DNA from: Camelus dromedarius
Lineage: Eukaryota
NCBI RefSeq assembly: GCF_036321535.1
Contig: NC_087438.1
Coordinates: forward strand, 4,218,001 to 4,282,000
Length of the DNA stretch: 64,000 nt
Reading direction: 5' to 3'
Made by a program: the position numbers and the translations under genes
The notes under the pieces: generated by a model
Database searches by the model: none
What the model was told of the DNA's origin: nothing
Seen by the model: only the letters and a program-made list of their open reading frames with translations
Part shown: positions 1 to 12,140 of the stretch, piece by piece
How the letters are laid out: the number at the start of each line of letters is the position of its first letter
Numbering within the stretch: the first letter of the stretch is position 1

Positions 1-1164
1 CTTACATCCAGAGAAACTCACGGAGATGCCACAAGACTGGCAATGTCCCTCTGTGACCTGCAGACCTTAATGTGTATCGAGAGGCTGCCTGCAGGTGCCC
101 TGATGAGGCCCAGCCCACATTCATCTGGGTCTGGGGGATCTAATGTGCCAATAGGAACGAGGCCGCCAGCTGTGAGACCACATCAGACGGAGCGAAGCAA
201 CGGTAGTGTGTCATCACCAGCACAGAACCTTGGTGATTATGCCTGTCCTCTAAATGACAGCACTGATTAAATAGTAATTAATTTCTCAACAGGCTGAATT
301 AAATAATCAAGTAAGCTGTAGGTAATGCAATTACAACAGTTACTTAACACTTAATTAAATATTCTTACAAGTGCTAACATGGAAAACCTCCCTCTGTCTT
401 GAAGCAGCCCCGTTGCCATGAAATGATTCTCGTTCGAGGATCTAAGGAGCCGATCAGCAGCCTAGGGTCCCCTTGTGGAACTATACAATTAGGTCCAAAG
501 GAGCCCAGTTTCTCACCTGCTGTGCACCAGCAGTGAGACCGACCCAGCGCCTGACGGGCCTTCCCTGGGAATCCCAGACCCAGGTGACCTGAAGGGAAAG
601 AAAGGTGCCGAAAACAGAGCAGAGTTGGTCTCTGTAGAAACCAGACCAGCAGGTGAATACACTGGACTCTGATGGGGACACATCCCAGACGAGCTGGTAA
701 AAAAGAAGAAAGAAATGAAAGGTGAGTTTCAGAAAGAAGTGGTACCTTCAATAACCACCTTGCTGGCTTCCGGGGCCTTGGGCTTCTGCAGTCAGGTTCT
801 GGGGACAAAGTGCTCAAGGCCAAGTTCAAGGTTTCACTTGAATTTGTTGTGGCTGGGGCCTGTCCTCCCCTTCTGCGCCTACCTGACGCAGAACAGACAG
901 CTATCAGCCATGCCCGGGAAGATGTCTTCGTTATAGACATGGCATCTACCCTCAGATTTGGTCATCCTAAAATCTCCTCACAGGAAGGTACAAGCGTGTT
1001 CATAAGACCAGAGGTCATACTGCTCAGAAGACTTAACTTACATGTTGACTGGATCTCAGGTTTTAGTCACATTCCCTTGTGACCCAGTATTATTAAACAG
1101 ATGCATTGGGCAAGGCAGTATTACGGTTATAATAGCTGTGAATAAAGATAATCCTATATTCCTT

Positions 1165-1257
1165 CTACGTCCTGACAGATCTGACGTTAATGACGTCAAA
1201 ACGCGCTTCCTGGGTAATTTCTTGAAGAGTTTGGGGCTCTTGCATCTGTGCTTTAGG
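1165..1257 (-). CDS. Candidate terminal coding exon of an unidentified minus-strand gene (PKAQMQEPQTLQEITQEARFDVINVRSVRT*)
   Basis: Acceptor cttgtttatcttaAG, phase 0, 30 codons then TAG. No homology recognised; no canonical poly(A) signal seen downstream within the window. Confidence 0.3.
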   Translation of the reverse strand, partial: PKAQMQEPQTLQEITQEARFDVINVRSVRT

Positions 1258-1442
1258 CTTAAGATAAACAAGCTTCCCTTCCCACCCCCAGCGCAATGCT
1301 GACCGAGAATAAGGAAACTCATTGACAATGCAGTTTTTAACCTCGTGGTCTCACATGAATATTTACTATCCGGCTGGGAGCTGGCACCCGGAGGCTGCCT
1401 CTCTGCCTCCCTCCCTGCTGCCGTGAGCCATTGTTGGGAGAC

Positions 1443-1458
1443 TGTTGCCATGGCAACA
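1443..1458. promoter_or_regulatory. Perfect palindromic RFX X-box motif
   Basis: TGTTGCCATGGCAACA is a 16-bp perfect palindrome containing the canonical GTTGCCATGGCAAC. Motif only; binding is unproven. Confidence 0.55.
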
Positions 1459-2604
1459 GAGGGCCCCAGAAGGCAAAGAAACTGACAGTCACCCACACAA
1501 AGCGTGGATCTGTGGGCTAATTAGAAGGTTCTGTGCTCAGGGTCACCTTGTAAACGAGAAACGTCAGTCAGAAACGCGCAGTCACAGAGAGCTCCGCGGA
1601 GAAGCCCCAGGAGCTCCCAGCCACGCCTCGGCGCCGTCTGTTCCCACAGTCCAGTCTGTTGCTCCCTGGGTGAGGGACTCACGGGGCATCCTAACCCGTT
1701 GGCTGGGCCAGCTTCTTAAGTGATGGGAATCTATTTTGCATAAAGCAGCAACCTGGAGTGACTGATGAAAAGCAGGCTGCTTTCCTCAGAGCCTGACTTT
1801 GTTCGATCTGATGTTGTTTGTAATTGAAATTGCTTTGAAACGCTTATGGGCTGAAGGTGGTAGGTGGGGACAGTGGACAGCTTAAGGCCAGCTCCCCGGG
1901 TCTGGAATATGGCAGACTACCATCAGTCTAAACAAGGCCGGCATGAGCTCTTTCCTTGGACCCTAATCAGTAGGTGCCCCTTCAGTGGTTCCTGGGACAA
2001 GAGTCTGAGCGTCTCCAGGATCCCATGTAACTTCAGGAACACGGAGTCAGGGTCTTGTCCCCGAAACAGCCCCCAGCTGCCTGGTGACATTTCAGCCCCC
2101 CACTATCCAGCTCCAGCAGACCTCTGCAGCCATACCTCACACCGTGCCCCCTGTGGGCATTCACTTCCAAATAAATAGCTTCACCGTAAACACAGAGGGC
2201 TTGGATTCTTACTCTGACCCTTCAGAAATTAGTGGATAATGTAGGAACAGGAAATGGAGTTCCCAGGGGAACCAAGGCAGCCACAGGGAGGGGCCAGAAT
2301 TTTACACAAGAGCCCAGTGCCTTGAACGGGAATCCCACACCCAGGCTCGGAAGACTGAAACCTTCACTGTAATCCTACGGGGCTCCTGAAAGACTGAAGC
2401 CATGAACTCCTGGCCCACCCACTTCTGCCAGTGTCCTGGTGTTGGAACCTCCCTTCAGGCCCCTGGGCAAAGCAACCCCAATGTCTCAAGTCATCGGGAG
2501 GGTATTTCGTGGGGCTTGAGATGCCCAGAGATGGCCTCATTCACTTCCTCCTCTTCTTCCCAAAAGCCAGGGCTCCTTCCTGAGGGACAGACAAGACTGC
2601 AGGC

Positions 2605-2827
2605 GGTGGGCCTGGGTTCAGACTTGTGAGTCCATCCCAACTCACCCCTGGTCTCGGTGTGACCTGGAGCAAGGTAGCTCATTCTTCTGCTCCCCTTTTC
2701 CATCATCCTATGAAGGGGCAGCAGCAGCAGCACTTCCTTCCTGAAGTTACTGTGATAACTAAATAGGATTATCTGCATAAATGCTTAGAAAGATGTCCGG
2801 AATATAATAAGCCCAGTAAACATCAGC
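2605..2827 (+). mobile_element. MIR SINE fragment
   Basis: Core-like gtgtgacctggagcaaggtagctcattcttctg and 3' part aaatgcttagaaagatgtccggaatataataagcccagtaaa. Confidence 0.65.
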
Positions 2828-2830
2828 GTG

Positions 2831-3301
2831 TGTCATGGGTTGAACTGTGTCTCCCAATGAGATATGCTGAGTTCCCAACTCCTAGTACCTCAGAATGTGG
2901 CCGTATTTAGAAACAGGGTCTTTACAGAGTAATCAAGTTCAGATAAAGTCATCAGGGTGGGGCCCAAACCAGTATGACTGGTGTCCGTTTGAAAAGGGGA
3001 AATTTTCTCGCCAAGGCAAACATAGAGGCAAGACGATATGAAGACACAGGGACAGCACCTGTGAAGATGGAGGAGTGAAGGGACGCATCTACAAGACAAG
3101 GAGGGCCAGAGGTTGAGGGGGGACCACCAGAAGCCAAGAAGAGGCAAGAAAGATTGAAACCCTACAGGTTTGAGAAGGTCATGGCCATGCTGACACCTTG
3201 ATTTCAGACTTTTGGCCTCCAGAACTATGAGATAATAATTTTCTGTTGTTTAGACACCCAGTTTATGGTACATTGTTATGGAAACATTAGGAACTAATAC
3301 A
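2831..3301 (+). mobile_element. MaLR solo LTR (MLT1C-like)
   Basis: TG...CA ends (tgtcatgggttgaactgtgtc ... ggaactaataca), typical ttttggcctccagaactatgag box, 5-bp TSD gcgtg/gcatg. Confidence 0.85.
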
Positions 3302-3324
3302 GCATGTTCATTAGAGTACATGTT

Positions 3325-3665
3325 AATAAGCTCTAACCCAAGAAACCGCCAAATGTAGTACCTTTAAAAAGAAGCTTCTCATTAACCAGTCAGACTGTAT
3401 TCAGTCCTGCGCAGGTGGAATCACTCTGCTCCACGAGCTCTCACAGGAACCCAGGTTCTTTCTGTCTTGTGGCCCCACCACCTGCATTCCAGCCGGTGGG
3501 AAGGGGCAGGAGAGTCTGGGACGTGTAATGTTGAGGCTTCAGAGCTCAGGACCTAACTTGGAGGTGCAGGCATCACTTCCATCCACTTCCCATCAGCACA
3601 GGCTGAGTCACATGGCCACACCTGGCTGCATGGGGTGGGGGGTGGGGTGGGGGCTCAGGTGTTCC
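3325..3665 (-). mobile_element. Old MaLR LTR fragment (MLT1K/L-like)
   Basis: Motifs ggaacccaggttctttctgtcttgtgg and catcacttccatccacttcccat...agtcacatggccacacctggctgc. Confidence 0.6.
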
Positions 3666-5539
3666 TTCTTGAGATTTATTGTTTTTTTTTATTTTTGTTA
3701 TTATTATTCTTCAGTGAATGGCAAACTTGATGCTACATTCGATGAGGAAACAATGCAGGGATTAGTTCATGTCAGAACCAAGGGCATAGCTGTGTGTCAC
3801 ATGGTGGTTAGGGTTTGACAGAATCAGTCCAGTTGGAGGAAAAAGTAGCTAGGCAGAACCTCCCAAGAGAGGCTCACGGAGGCCGATCCCACCTGGGCAG
3901 GCCATAGCTTCCTAGAACTTCAGGGCTGTCTGTGGAAGCACTGGGCCTCCCAGTGACCAGTTTAATTGCTCTCTGCAGCTAAACTGTCATTTCTTTAGCT
4001 GAGACAAGGTTTGGGTCATCTGTCTGTCTGGTGGTTTTATTAGTATCTATTTTTTCTCATAACTAAGAGACAAATAGGCAAGGAATTCATGACCGATGTA
4101 AACTTCCTTGTTAAAAAGAGTCATTCGTCACTGACTGTCTTAGAAATTATAGCTAAACCATGCACCTTCTGAAATAACTTGAAGCATAAAGATGCAACCA
4201 CTTATCAATTAATTTAAACTCCAGTGAGGGTTTTGCAGACACAGGGACTTTAGGATTTGGTCTAATGGATTGAATTTAGACTACTCCACAAATGAATTCC
4301 GAGATCAGGGTTATATATATTCACAAGCTGAGACTAAGTGAAGTTTTCTTGGCAGAATGAAAGAATATATTAAAATCTGGACTCCTTATGTGTTTCCCAG
4401 AAGAAATCAGCAATCAGTTTCTTCTACCATAAAATTAATCTAGAAAGTAAATGAACATAATATAAGAAATAATTCTGTAGGGACACACAGGTACTTTAGT
4501 GCCAACACTACCCAACAAAGTTTTGGCCCTGTTATCCTGAAGCCCTTTGAAAAATATGGCAAGTTTTATCAAATCGAATTTGAAAGAGACTGTAAAAGAT
4601 TCCCAGGAAGCACTGTGAGGATCGAAATGAAGGTTTATAGCAATAGAAGTAAATTTGATTTCCAAAATGACTTTTGATAACATTGTGTTAATGACCTTTA
4701 GGGAAAATCTTCTCAGAAGAAGTACTAGGTCACAGGGTATTCAATCAGTGAAGCAATGTGGAAGTAAGGAGTGGACAAATTAAAGATGGCATCATTTGTC
4801 TAAAATTGATAAGAGCCAGGACCACAGGAACAAAGTCCTCAAAATATAAAGCAGAAAAATCAAGACTGATTTAATTTGATTAATATCACCCAGCCTTGTG
4901 GTGACGTGATTACTACATGATCTTAGCCCAAAGATCTATAGATGACTCTGTGGCCAGAAAAAAAGTGGTAAATGATTCTACAGATGGAGGAGGACAAAGA
5001 GGAAAGGGGAGGGGAAAGAGTGAGATGCCTGAATTGAGTCTCCCCAAAATAGTAAAGAAAAAAAATAGTCCAGTGACATGGAAACAGGGTTTAGGTCAGG
5101 ATTAGAAACTGGTTGAAATAGCCCATCTTACCTGGATTCCTACATAACAACCCTCAGCCCAGAAGCTGCACAAAGCTTTGGACCCCAGGGCCAAGAACAG
5201 AGCTAGCGACTACATCTCCCCACCTGCAGTGGCCTTGGGCTGCCGGATAACCACACGGCAGACCCAGAGACAGAGACGGGCTTCACCCAGAGGCGAGAGA
5301 CGCACAGCTGCAGCTCCTCAGTCCCTGGAGAGTCTGGCCCTGGCACTCCAGCTCTGCCCAAGTCGAAGGCAACACCTCAGAGTAGGTGAAGGTGGCTCCA
5401 GCAGCCACCATCCTAATTTTTGGTACCCTCTCCTTCCTTCAGTTGTCCCTCTGTGTCCTAGGCCACCTCACATGTCAACCCTTCATCCTCAGCAACTGGT
5501 TCCAATAGTCAGCCCTCTCCGTGACAGCCCCACTGACGT

Positions 5540-5920
5540 GCAGACAGACATCTCAAACATCATATGCCCCTCCTCTTCATTACAGGTTACTGCAAGCCAT
5601 TGAATATAGTTCCTCGTGCTATACAGTGAACTCTCTGTTGAATTATTCTTGATTTCTGTGTTTTTCTCACATACTGCATCCAACCGGTTGGCAAATCCTA
5701 TTGACTCTACCTGCAAAAACACACCCAAAGTCATTCTCTTCTCATGGTCAGTACCATGAGAAGTACTACCAAGAGTCCCGACCTACATCTCTCGCCCAGA
5801 TTATCAAAACAGCACCATATCCAATTTTTTCCATTTCCACTGCCATCCCTCCAACCCACTCACCCCTTAGCAGTCAGAGCAATCTTTCATCAACACAAAT
5901 CAAAGTATCTCACTTTTCCT
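5540..5920 (+). mobile_element. L2 LINE fragment
   Basis: L2-like catctcaaacatcatatg, caaatcctattgactctacctgcaaaa and cagtcagagcaatctttc. Confidence 0.65.
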
Positions 5921-6119
5921 CCTTAGGCCCTCATTCACAGATACCCTGGGCTCAATGGAGCTGGTAGCTAAAGTCAATAATGAGATGCAGACTCTGTAGG
6001 CAACATATACATGCCAGTGGTATCCCCCAAAGATCCCCAACAGCACCCTTCAGCTGCAGACCCGCCCCCACAGAGCTCCAGACCCTCACGTCTAAGTGCC
6101 TCCTCTTTGCCTTCACTGG

Positions 6120-6670
6120 GCTGTCTCAGCACAGTCTCAGGCTCAGCACATCAGATGCTGATCTCGTCATCTTCACCCACACCCTTCCCACCACAGACGT
6201 GGTCCCCAAATGGCCTGCGCCCCAGTGCATGGCACCAGCTGCACGAGTCACAGCCTCAGCCTGACCCTTGGCATGCATCTGCCTCCCCTCTCCCAGTGTC
6301 AGCTGGGCAACGACTCCTGCCTGGCTCACCTCCTAAATATCTCTTGAATCAACCCCCTCCTCACGATTGCTGCTGGTCGGTGAGGGCTTTACCTTCCCCC
6401 TAACTGGTCTTCCTGCGTCCACTGTGGCCTCCCAGGCTGATCCTTTTCCAAAAAGTGGCTCTTCTCTTCCCAGGGAATCCCAGTTCCGTCTACGTGTTCT
6501 CAGTGCCATGTCTTCTGTCTCTTCAAGGAGTGCATCTGATACACTCTTCGGTGTGATTATTTGCTTATTGACTCAACAACACATGGGCTTCAAGACGGCA
6601 GGAACCAAACCCTGCTGTACCCGAGAGCCTAGAGCAGTATCTGTCTCTGTGACCAGTTTTTGAGTGAATG
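6120..6670 (+). mobile_element. L2 LINE 3' fragment
   Basis: cctcctaaatatctcttgaatc and cctaactggtcttcctgc; ends in a decayed tgagtgaatg tail. Confidence 0.6.
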
Positions 6671-7939
6671 TCACCTCACTGGCAGCAGATTTTCACAGAG
6701 AATCAGAAGTCTGAACCCCAGCACTCTTGTGAACCCTGAGGACCAGAGCAGTGCGGTGGGGCAGATACACCGGTGCAAGTAAGCCTTCTTTAGTGAGAAG
6801 GAGATTTGGATTCTGACATCAGTGCCATGCAGACTTATGAAGATGACCATAATCAATTAAAATAATAGTAAACATAATAGAAAAAACAAAAATAACAGTG
6901 AAAACAATAAGAGTAAAAACAACACTACGAAGACGTCTGAGGGAAGTCTCGGCCACCAGGCGGGGTCGCCGCAGCTCTGTGCCCTAACCTGTTTGCCATC
7001 TTGGTTGGACAAGAGTGGGAACAGCCCACGGCATGCACTGAGAAGACACGTGCTCAACACACAGCCTCAGACAAGCGTCTCTGCTCGTGAACTCAAAGAG
7101 GTTTACGGTTCAGAAAGAGGAGACCACGCTCCAGAGCTGGATTAGCACTCGTCCAGAGACTGACCATGGCTCCTCCTTCACACATTCTCCCCTGCCCTTC
7201 CGTGCTCCTGTGTCCTGTATAATCCCGGATGCCACCTACATTGCCGCTGGAGTCCTGGCCACTTCCCCTTATAAATAACAGCCCCTGGACAGAACACACG
7301 TTATCAGTGCACGTGCCTGACTTCCGTGAGGCCAGGACAGGCAATCTACTTCCAAGCAACACCTCATGAGCTGCGTGCATGGGGAACGACTCGCTCTGTA
7401 GCCTGGGTGGCCCTCACGCAAACATCGTCACCCAGACAGGAGGCCTGACAGTGCTCTGTCCCCAGCAAAGTCAGAAACAGCCCTCGTTCCACCTGAAAGC
7501 TCCCCCTCCTTCCAAGAGGGTTGTCTGTTACTCTGTCATAGAAAAGAGAAAAGGGCTTCGAAATGCACCTGCGTGCCTGATTTTAACCTTAGCCATGCTG
7601 CAGGGTCTTGTTATTCCAGACTGCACCTGCTCTTCTCGTCATGCCATTCGAGCGGTTTCGTCTTGTCTCCCTTTATTCCCCCAACGAAGTGGTGTTGGTT
7701 TCGTGTGCAGATGCTCAAGGGGTTTCATAGGAAACAGTCGCACACGTGCACACTCGCGTCGCACACACTCTCTCTGTAGCTATGGAATATCATACGAGTC
7801 TAACCCTGCGCTGCTATTGTAAACTAACCAAGACATTGTTCTACTTAGGGAAAGGGCAAAAGCAGCAAAGAGTGAAGGGGGGCAGGGCAGGGAACATCTT
7901 TGCCAGCAGATTCCAAGCTGCTCCCCGACAGACTCCTGA

Positions 7940-8125
7940 TCAACCACACTTAATCCCCAGAGTGCCTCCGAACTGCTTGGAGAGCTTGTTAAAAATTTAG
8001 ATTCCTGGCTCCCACCCCAGGAAGTCTGATTTAGCAGGTCTTGTGCATGGCTGTAAATCTGATTTCAGCCAGCAGCTTGCTGGATTCAGAAGCAGTTTGT
8101 CTGAGGAGCACATTGGGCTGCAACC
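7940..8125. mobile_element. MER5A-like hAT-Charlie MITE
   Basis: ggagagcttgttaaaaatttagattcctggctcccaccccagg...tctgatttagcaggtct. Confidence 0.6.
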
Positions 8126-8639
8126 CTAAACACACCATTCTGCTACCTGATGCCCTTCAGTCACTCTCCGCGCAGGTGCTCTGGCTCTGCCCCAGGTGCG
8201 TCTCAGGTCCCCTCACAGGGGCCATCTCATCTCCTGTCCCTTCAACTCACAGCCCGCACCCCCTCTCGGAGTCCCGCCCAGCCTCCTGGGATATAATCTG
8301 AGAGTTTTTATTGGAGTTCTAGGAAGCCAGGGATTTCTGAGCAGTGTATGAATCATAGGAAGAACCCTGATTATTTTTAACCCAGAAACTAGCAGTATCT
8401 GATGATGAATAACTGTGGTAGCTCATGAACCGCCTTTCATACTATCTCAGTGTTACCCCAGAGCAGCCTTGCCAGAGAGGGAAGTGGCTGGAGAGAAGCA
8501 GCCCCTGCCCCGTCCTGTCTGCTGGGCCCTGAGCCTGCACGTGCTGCCCCCGGTGGCTCAAGTCCTGGCCCTGGAGGCACCCGTGTTCCCCGTGTCTGTG
8601 CCTAAGAACTGTCGTTAAGGAAAAGCCCTCTTCATCCTA

Positions 8640-9860
8640 ATAGAATCAATAAAGCTTAAAGTCTGACAGCACCAGGCATTGGTGAGGAGGTATGGAAGTG
8701 AGGGCTCACACCCCTGGAGGAATCGTGAGGTCAGGTACAACCTGGAGAGCACTTGGCCGTGCCTGGGGACGCTGAAGTCGTGCACATGCTGGAGCCCCAG
8801 GGACACTTGCAGATGGGTCCAAGAAATTCAGAAAAATGTTTATTGCAGAATTATTTGCAACTGTGAAAAATAAGGAACAATTTAAATGTTCATCAATAGA
8901 ATACTATAAAAATTCAATAAATGAACCAAAGTTAATATATCAAAAAATGAGTCTTAAAATCTTAATCTAAAGGTAAAAAAAAAAATCTGCAACAAAGAAA
9001 CTGTGCAGACAGGAGTTAACAGGACAGGCCTGAGACGGCTGTCCTTAGAAAGGCTCACTTGCAAGGTGGGCCCTTGGCTGGCCTCTGAGAACTTCGGTTT
9101 CAGGAGGGCTCTCACCACCCTTTTAAGGATAAAAGAGGGTCAGTGGGAGTAAACTGCTTGGACAGACAACGTGGTTGATGCAGGAATCTGCTTTCCTTCC
9201 AGGAGTTGGGAGTTTTGGTACATGCCAGGCAGGGGGTGCCCATGTGACCAGTCCCCAACAAAAGCCCGGGTCCTGAGCCTCTGATGAGCCTCCCTGAGAC
9301 AGGACTTCACACGTGTTGGAGCACCTCATTCCCGGAGGAGCGAAGAGTGCTCCGCGTGACGCTGCTGGGGGAGGGATCTTGGAAGCTGGAGTCTGGTTTC
9401 CTCTTGGCTTAATCCCACGAGCCTTTCCCTTTGCTGATTCTGCTGCACGCCCTTCACCGTAATAAGTCGCAGCTGTGAGTGCAACTCTATGCTGAGTCCT
9501 CTGTCCTCCTGGGGAATCACCGAAACTGGAAGTGGTCTCGACGACCCCCAAAGTAGATAGAAACAATATGATGCCGTTTATGTTAAGTTTGAGAACATGC
9601 AAAACAAGATTATTTATTGTTGATGGAGACACGTATGACGTCAAAATGTAAAAACATGCCCAGCCGTGATGAGTGAGCAGATGGGGTCAGGAACACTCAC
9701 GACACTCCACTGTATACTTTCTGCCTTTTAAGGAATGAAGCCAATACGGTGAGGTGTTAAGATGTGGTACAGCTGCATCACAGTCCACAGTGGTCTCTTA
9801 CATTCTTCTCTATATTTTCCCGTCTGTTTTAAATATTTTCATAATGGAAAATATTGAAGA
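8640..9860 (+). mobile_element. Old L1ME-type 3' fragment interrupted by an LTR
   Basis: aatgtttattgcagaattatttg...aacaatttaaatgttcatcaatagaa; resumes after 9560 and ends ttttaaatattttcataat. Confidence 0.6.
9002..9559 (+). mobile_element. MER21A-like solo LTR
   Basis: Start tgtgcagacaggagttaacaggacaggcctgagac...cttagaaaggc matches the MER21A 5' end as remembered; perfect 5-bp TSD GAAAC at 8997-9001 and 9560-9564. Confidence 0.85.
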
Positions 9861-9931
9861 GGAATGAACTGAGGTATAAAGAAGGTATTTGTGGAAGCAG
9901 TTTAGACAGGTGCATCTCAACTGCAGCTCAC

Positions 9932-9961
9932 TTTCCTCTGCTTGTGGATCATGGAGCTTTT
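9932..9961 (-). CDS. Candidate 30-nt internal exon (KSSMIHKQRK)
   Basis: ctgttcgccatcctgcAG | 30 nt | GTgagc; phase 0-0, open frame. Confidence 0.25.
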
Positions 9962-10752
9962 CTGCAGGATGGCGAACAGCCCAGAGGGAGGAAGCCCAGA
10001 GACTGGAATTCCAGGAAGTGTCCAGTTCTTTCCTGAGTAGGGGTTTTTCTGGGGGAGAAGCACCCTTCCTACTTGGAGAAGGTTGGAGATGAGTAGCAGG
10101 AACAATGGAAAAGACTCAGGTCAGCAAGACAAGGAGATCCAGGGAAGGGGAAGATGATATATCCTTATTTTATTACCCGTGAGAGAGTGGTTCTCTTTTC
10201 CCTTGAAAGGATTCCCAAGGAGAAATGATATGGGATGGAAACTGGGTTTGGGGCAACTGTAACAGAGACAATGATGGTGATGTATTATCATTTTTCAACA
10301 CTTTGCTCATCTCAAAGACCACATCTAAGCGTCTACAAGGGGCTGTGCATGGGGAAACGTGGAGGAACTAAATTATCATCTTTGTCTTCTAAGAGCTCGA
10401 GTCTAGTGAAGGAGCTGTAAGTGCACAGATTCAAGGGCACCTGAGTTTGCGCACGGGAAGGGCAGTGATGACGAGATGCCGGTCCTGTTCTTACGTTTCC
10501 CACTCTGTCCCTCGGTGCTGGACCACCTGTCCTCGACAAGCATATGCGGAATTGAACTGAAACAATTGTGCTAATAATAACCATGTGCCACCATACCAAG
10601 TCCATCTCTTTATTGGTCAAATATTAGTTCCAAAAGCCGTGTGTGTTTCCCACTGCTCATACAGGAACCCTGGACACGACCCCAAGGAGAAGTATCCCAG
10701 CTCGCAGCCCAATTACGCCATGAATTGCTTGAAATCAAAGACTGGGTCTTGG

Positions 10753-11190
10753 TGTAGGTCGTCACGGCCACTCTGAGAATGCACTGCTCTGCTCTCCTGC
10801 TGCGGGGGATGATTCTGATGGACAGTCCAGCTGCTGGCCTTCTGGACCCCCTGCTGCATTCACACCAAGGCCTTACTTCCCCCAGATGCTCCCAGCCAGT
10901 GCCTGGGCATGGTGGGCATTAAAGCCTGCCCGTTCCTGCTGAGCCGGAAGGAGGGCACCTCATCGCCCAGCCAAATCCTTCTTAGACTTGCATTATGGTA
11001 TGAAATTTCCTACTCAACCCTACCTCCCTTCTCTCATTCACAAGTGTCAGACCTGCCGTGCAGTCTGGAAGCTCTCCCTGTCTCCTCATGCTCCCTTCTT
11101 TTCTCCTTCAGGAATTTCCCCGATAATCTCTCACATGTCTAGTCTAGCCCTACCATGGTGACTGCTTCTCGGGGGACCCAAAGTAGCACA
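10753..11190 (+). mobile_element. ERVL solo LTR (LTR16-like)
   Basis: cacaagtgtcagacctgccgtgcagtctggaagctctccctg and 3' end ctgcttctcgggggacccaaagtagcaca. Confidence 0.7.
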
Positions 11191-11999
11191 GTTTTATCTC
11201 CAACACTGGCAAAGGACAAAAATACAATAAGAGCTAAATAGTTATTTTTAATGAATATAAATAATGTATTGAGAAAAAATAATATTGTTAAAATTAAGAA
11301 GTTCTCTACAAGGAAAGTGTAAAATACATGTTGGTATCATAATTGAAAAATCACTTTAAACCAAAAAAATTTCTCATTGTTTGTAAATTACTTTAATTTT
11401 TTGTCAAAATTTTAAAATTCATGAATGATTAGCAATCAATAAGGAATCACACTCGATGAAACTACCAAATTATAGGAATAACTTATCACCTGATTTTTGC
11501 TTCGTTAATGAGGTCATTCTGGAGGCACTGGGGGCCTCCTTCAGCAGTAGGTGAAGACTCCTTTATGTCCACCTCTGCTCATGGTGGCATTATTTAGGAC
11601 CTAAATTTCTTCATGCTGGCAAATTTCAGCACCTATGGGCTCCTAGTTTTCACCCTGATCGTCTTATTCTAACCTCCAAGCAACTGGAGAAAACAAGTAC
11701 AGAAGATCAGTCCGGAGCTGACAGTGCCACATTGTCGCCTGCGGTCAGGAATGCCACCTCACTCTCCCGGAAGTGTGCAGTGAAGCACCAGTGGTAAAGG
11801 GTAGCTGCTAATAGTCCAGCAAACCTATTGATGTGATTCTGATTTTGTGTTAGCCCGGTTTACCAGCTGGACATGGTGCTAAGAAACAGCAATGCCAGCT
11901 ATGTTTGTTCCGTAAGCTTCAGTGCCACTGCCCAGCACTCTTTAGAATCTAAGATTGTCTCCTTGTCTACCTTCAGTAAGAAATGACATTTCCCTCCAA

Positions 12000-12140
12000 A
12001 AATACCTATTGAGCATTTGTTATGTGCTGTGCCTGTCACTAATTTTCAGATGAGAAAATGAAGACTTGGAGATGTTAAGTAATTTGCCCAAGGTCACACA
12101 GCAAAAAGAGCCAAGACAGGGTGTGAAACTGAGCAAACTG
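12000..12140 (-). mobile_element. MIR SINE
   Basis: attttcagatgagaaaatgaagacttggagatgttaagtaatttgcccaaggtcacacagc is the reverse MIR core. Confidence 0.8.

Noticed and set aside
374..940. 188-aa minus-strand ORF
   Set aside because: No recognisable domain, composition typical of non-coding DNA; would lie in the 3' UTR of the candidate chain.
11220..11630. Possible 3' end of a hAT-Tip100 element (DFAS-like peptide, TIR-like end)
   Set aside because: Resemblance limited to a few residues in AT-rich DNA; not supportable without a profile search.
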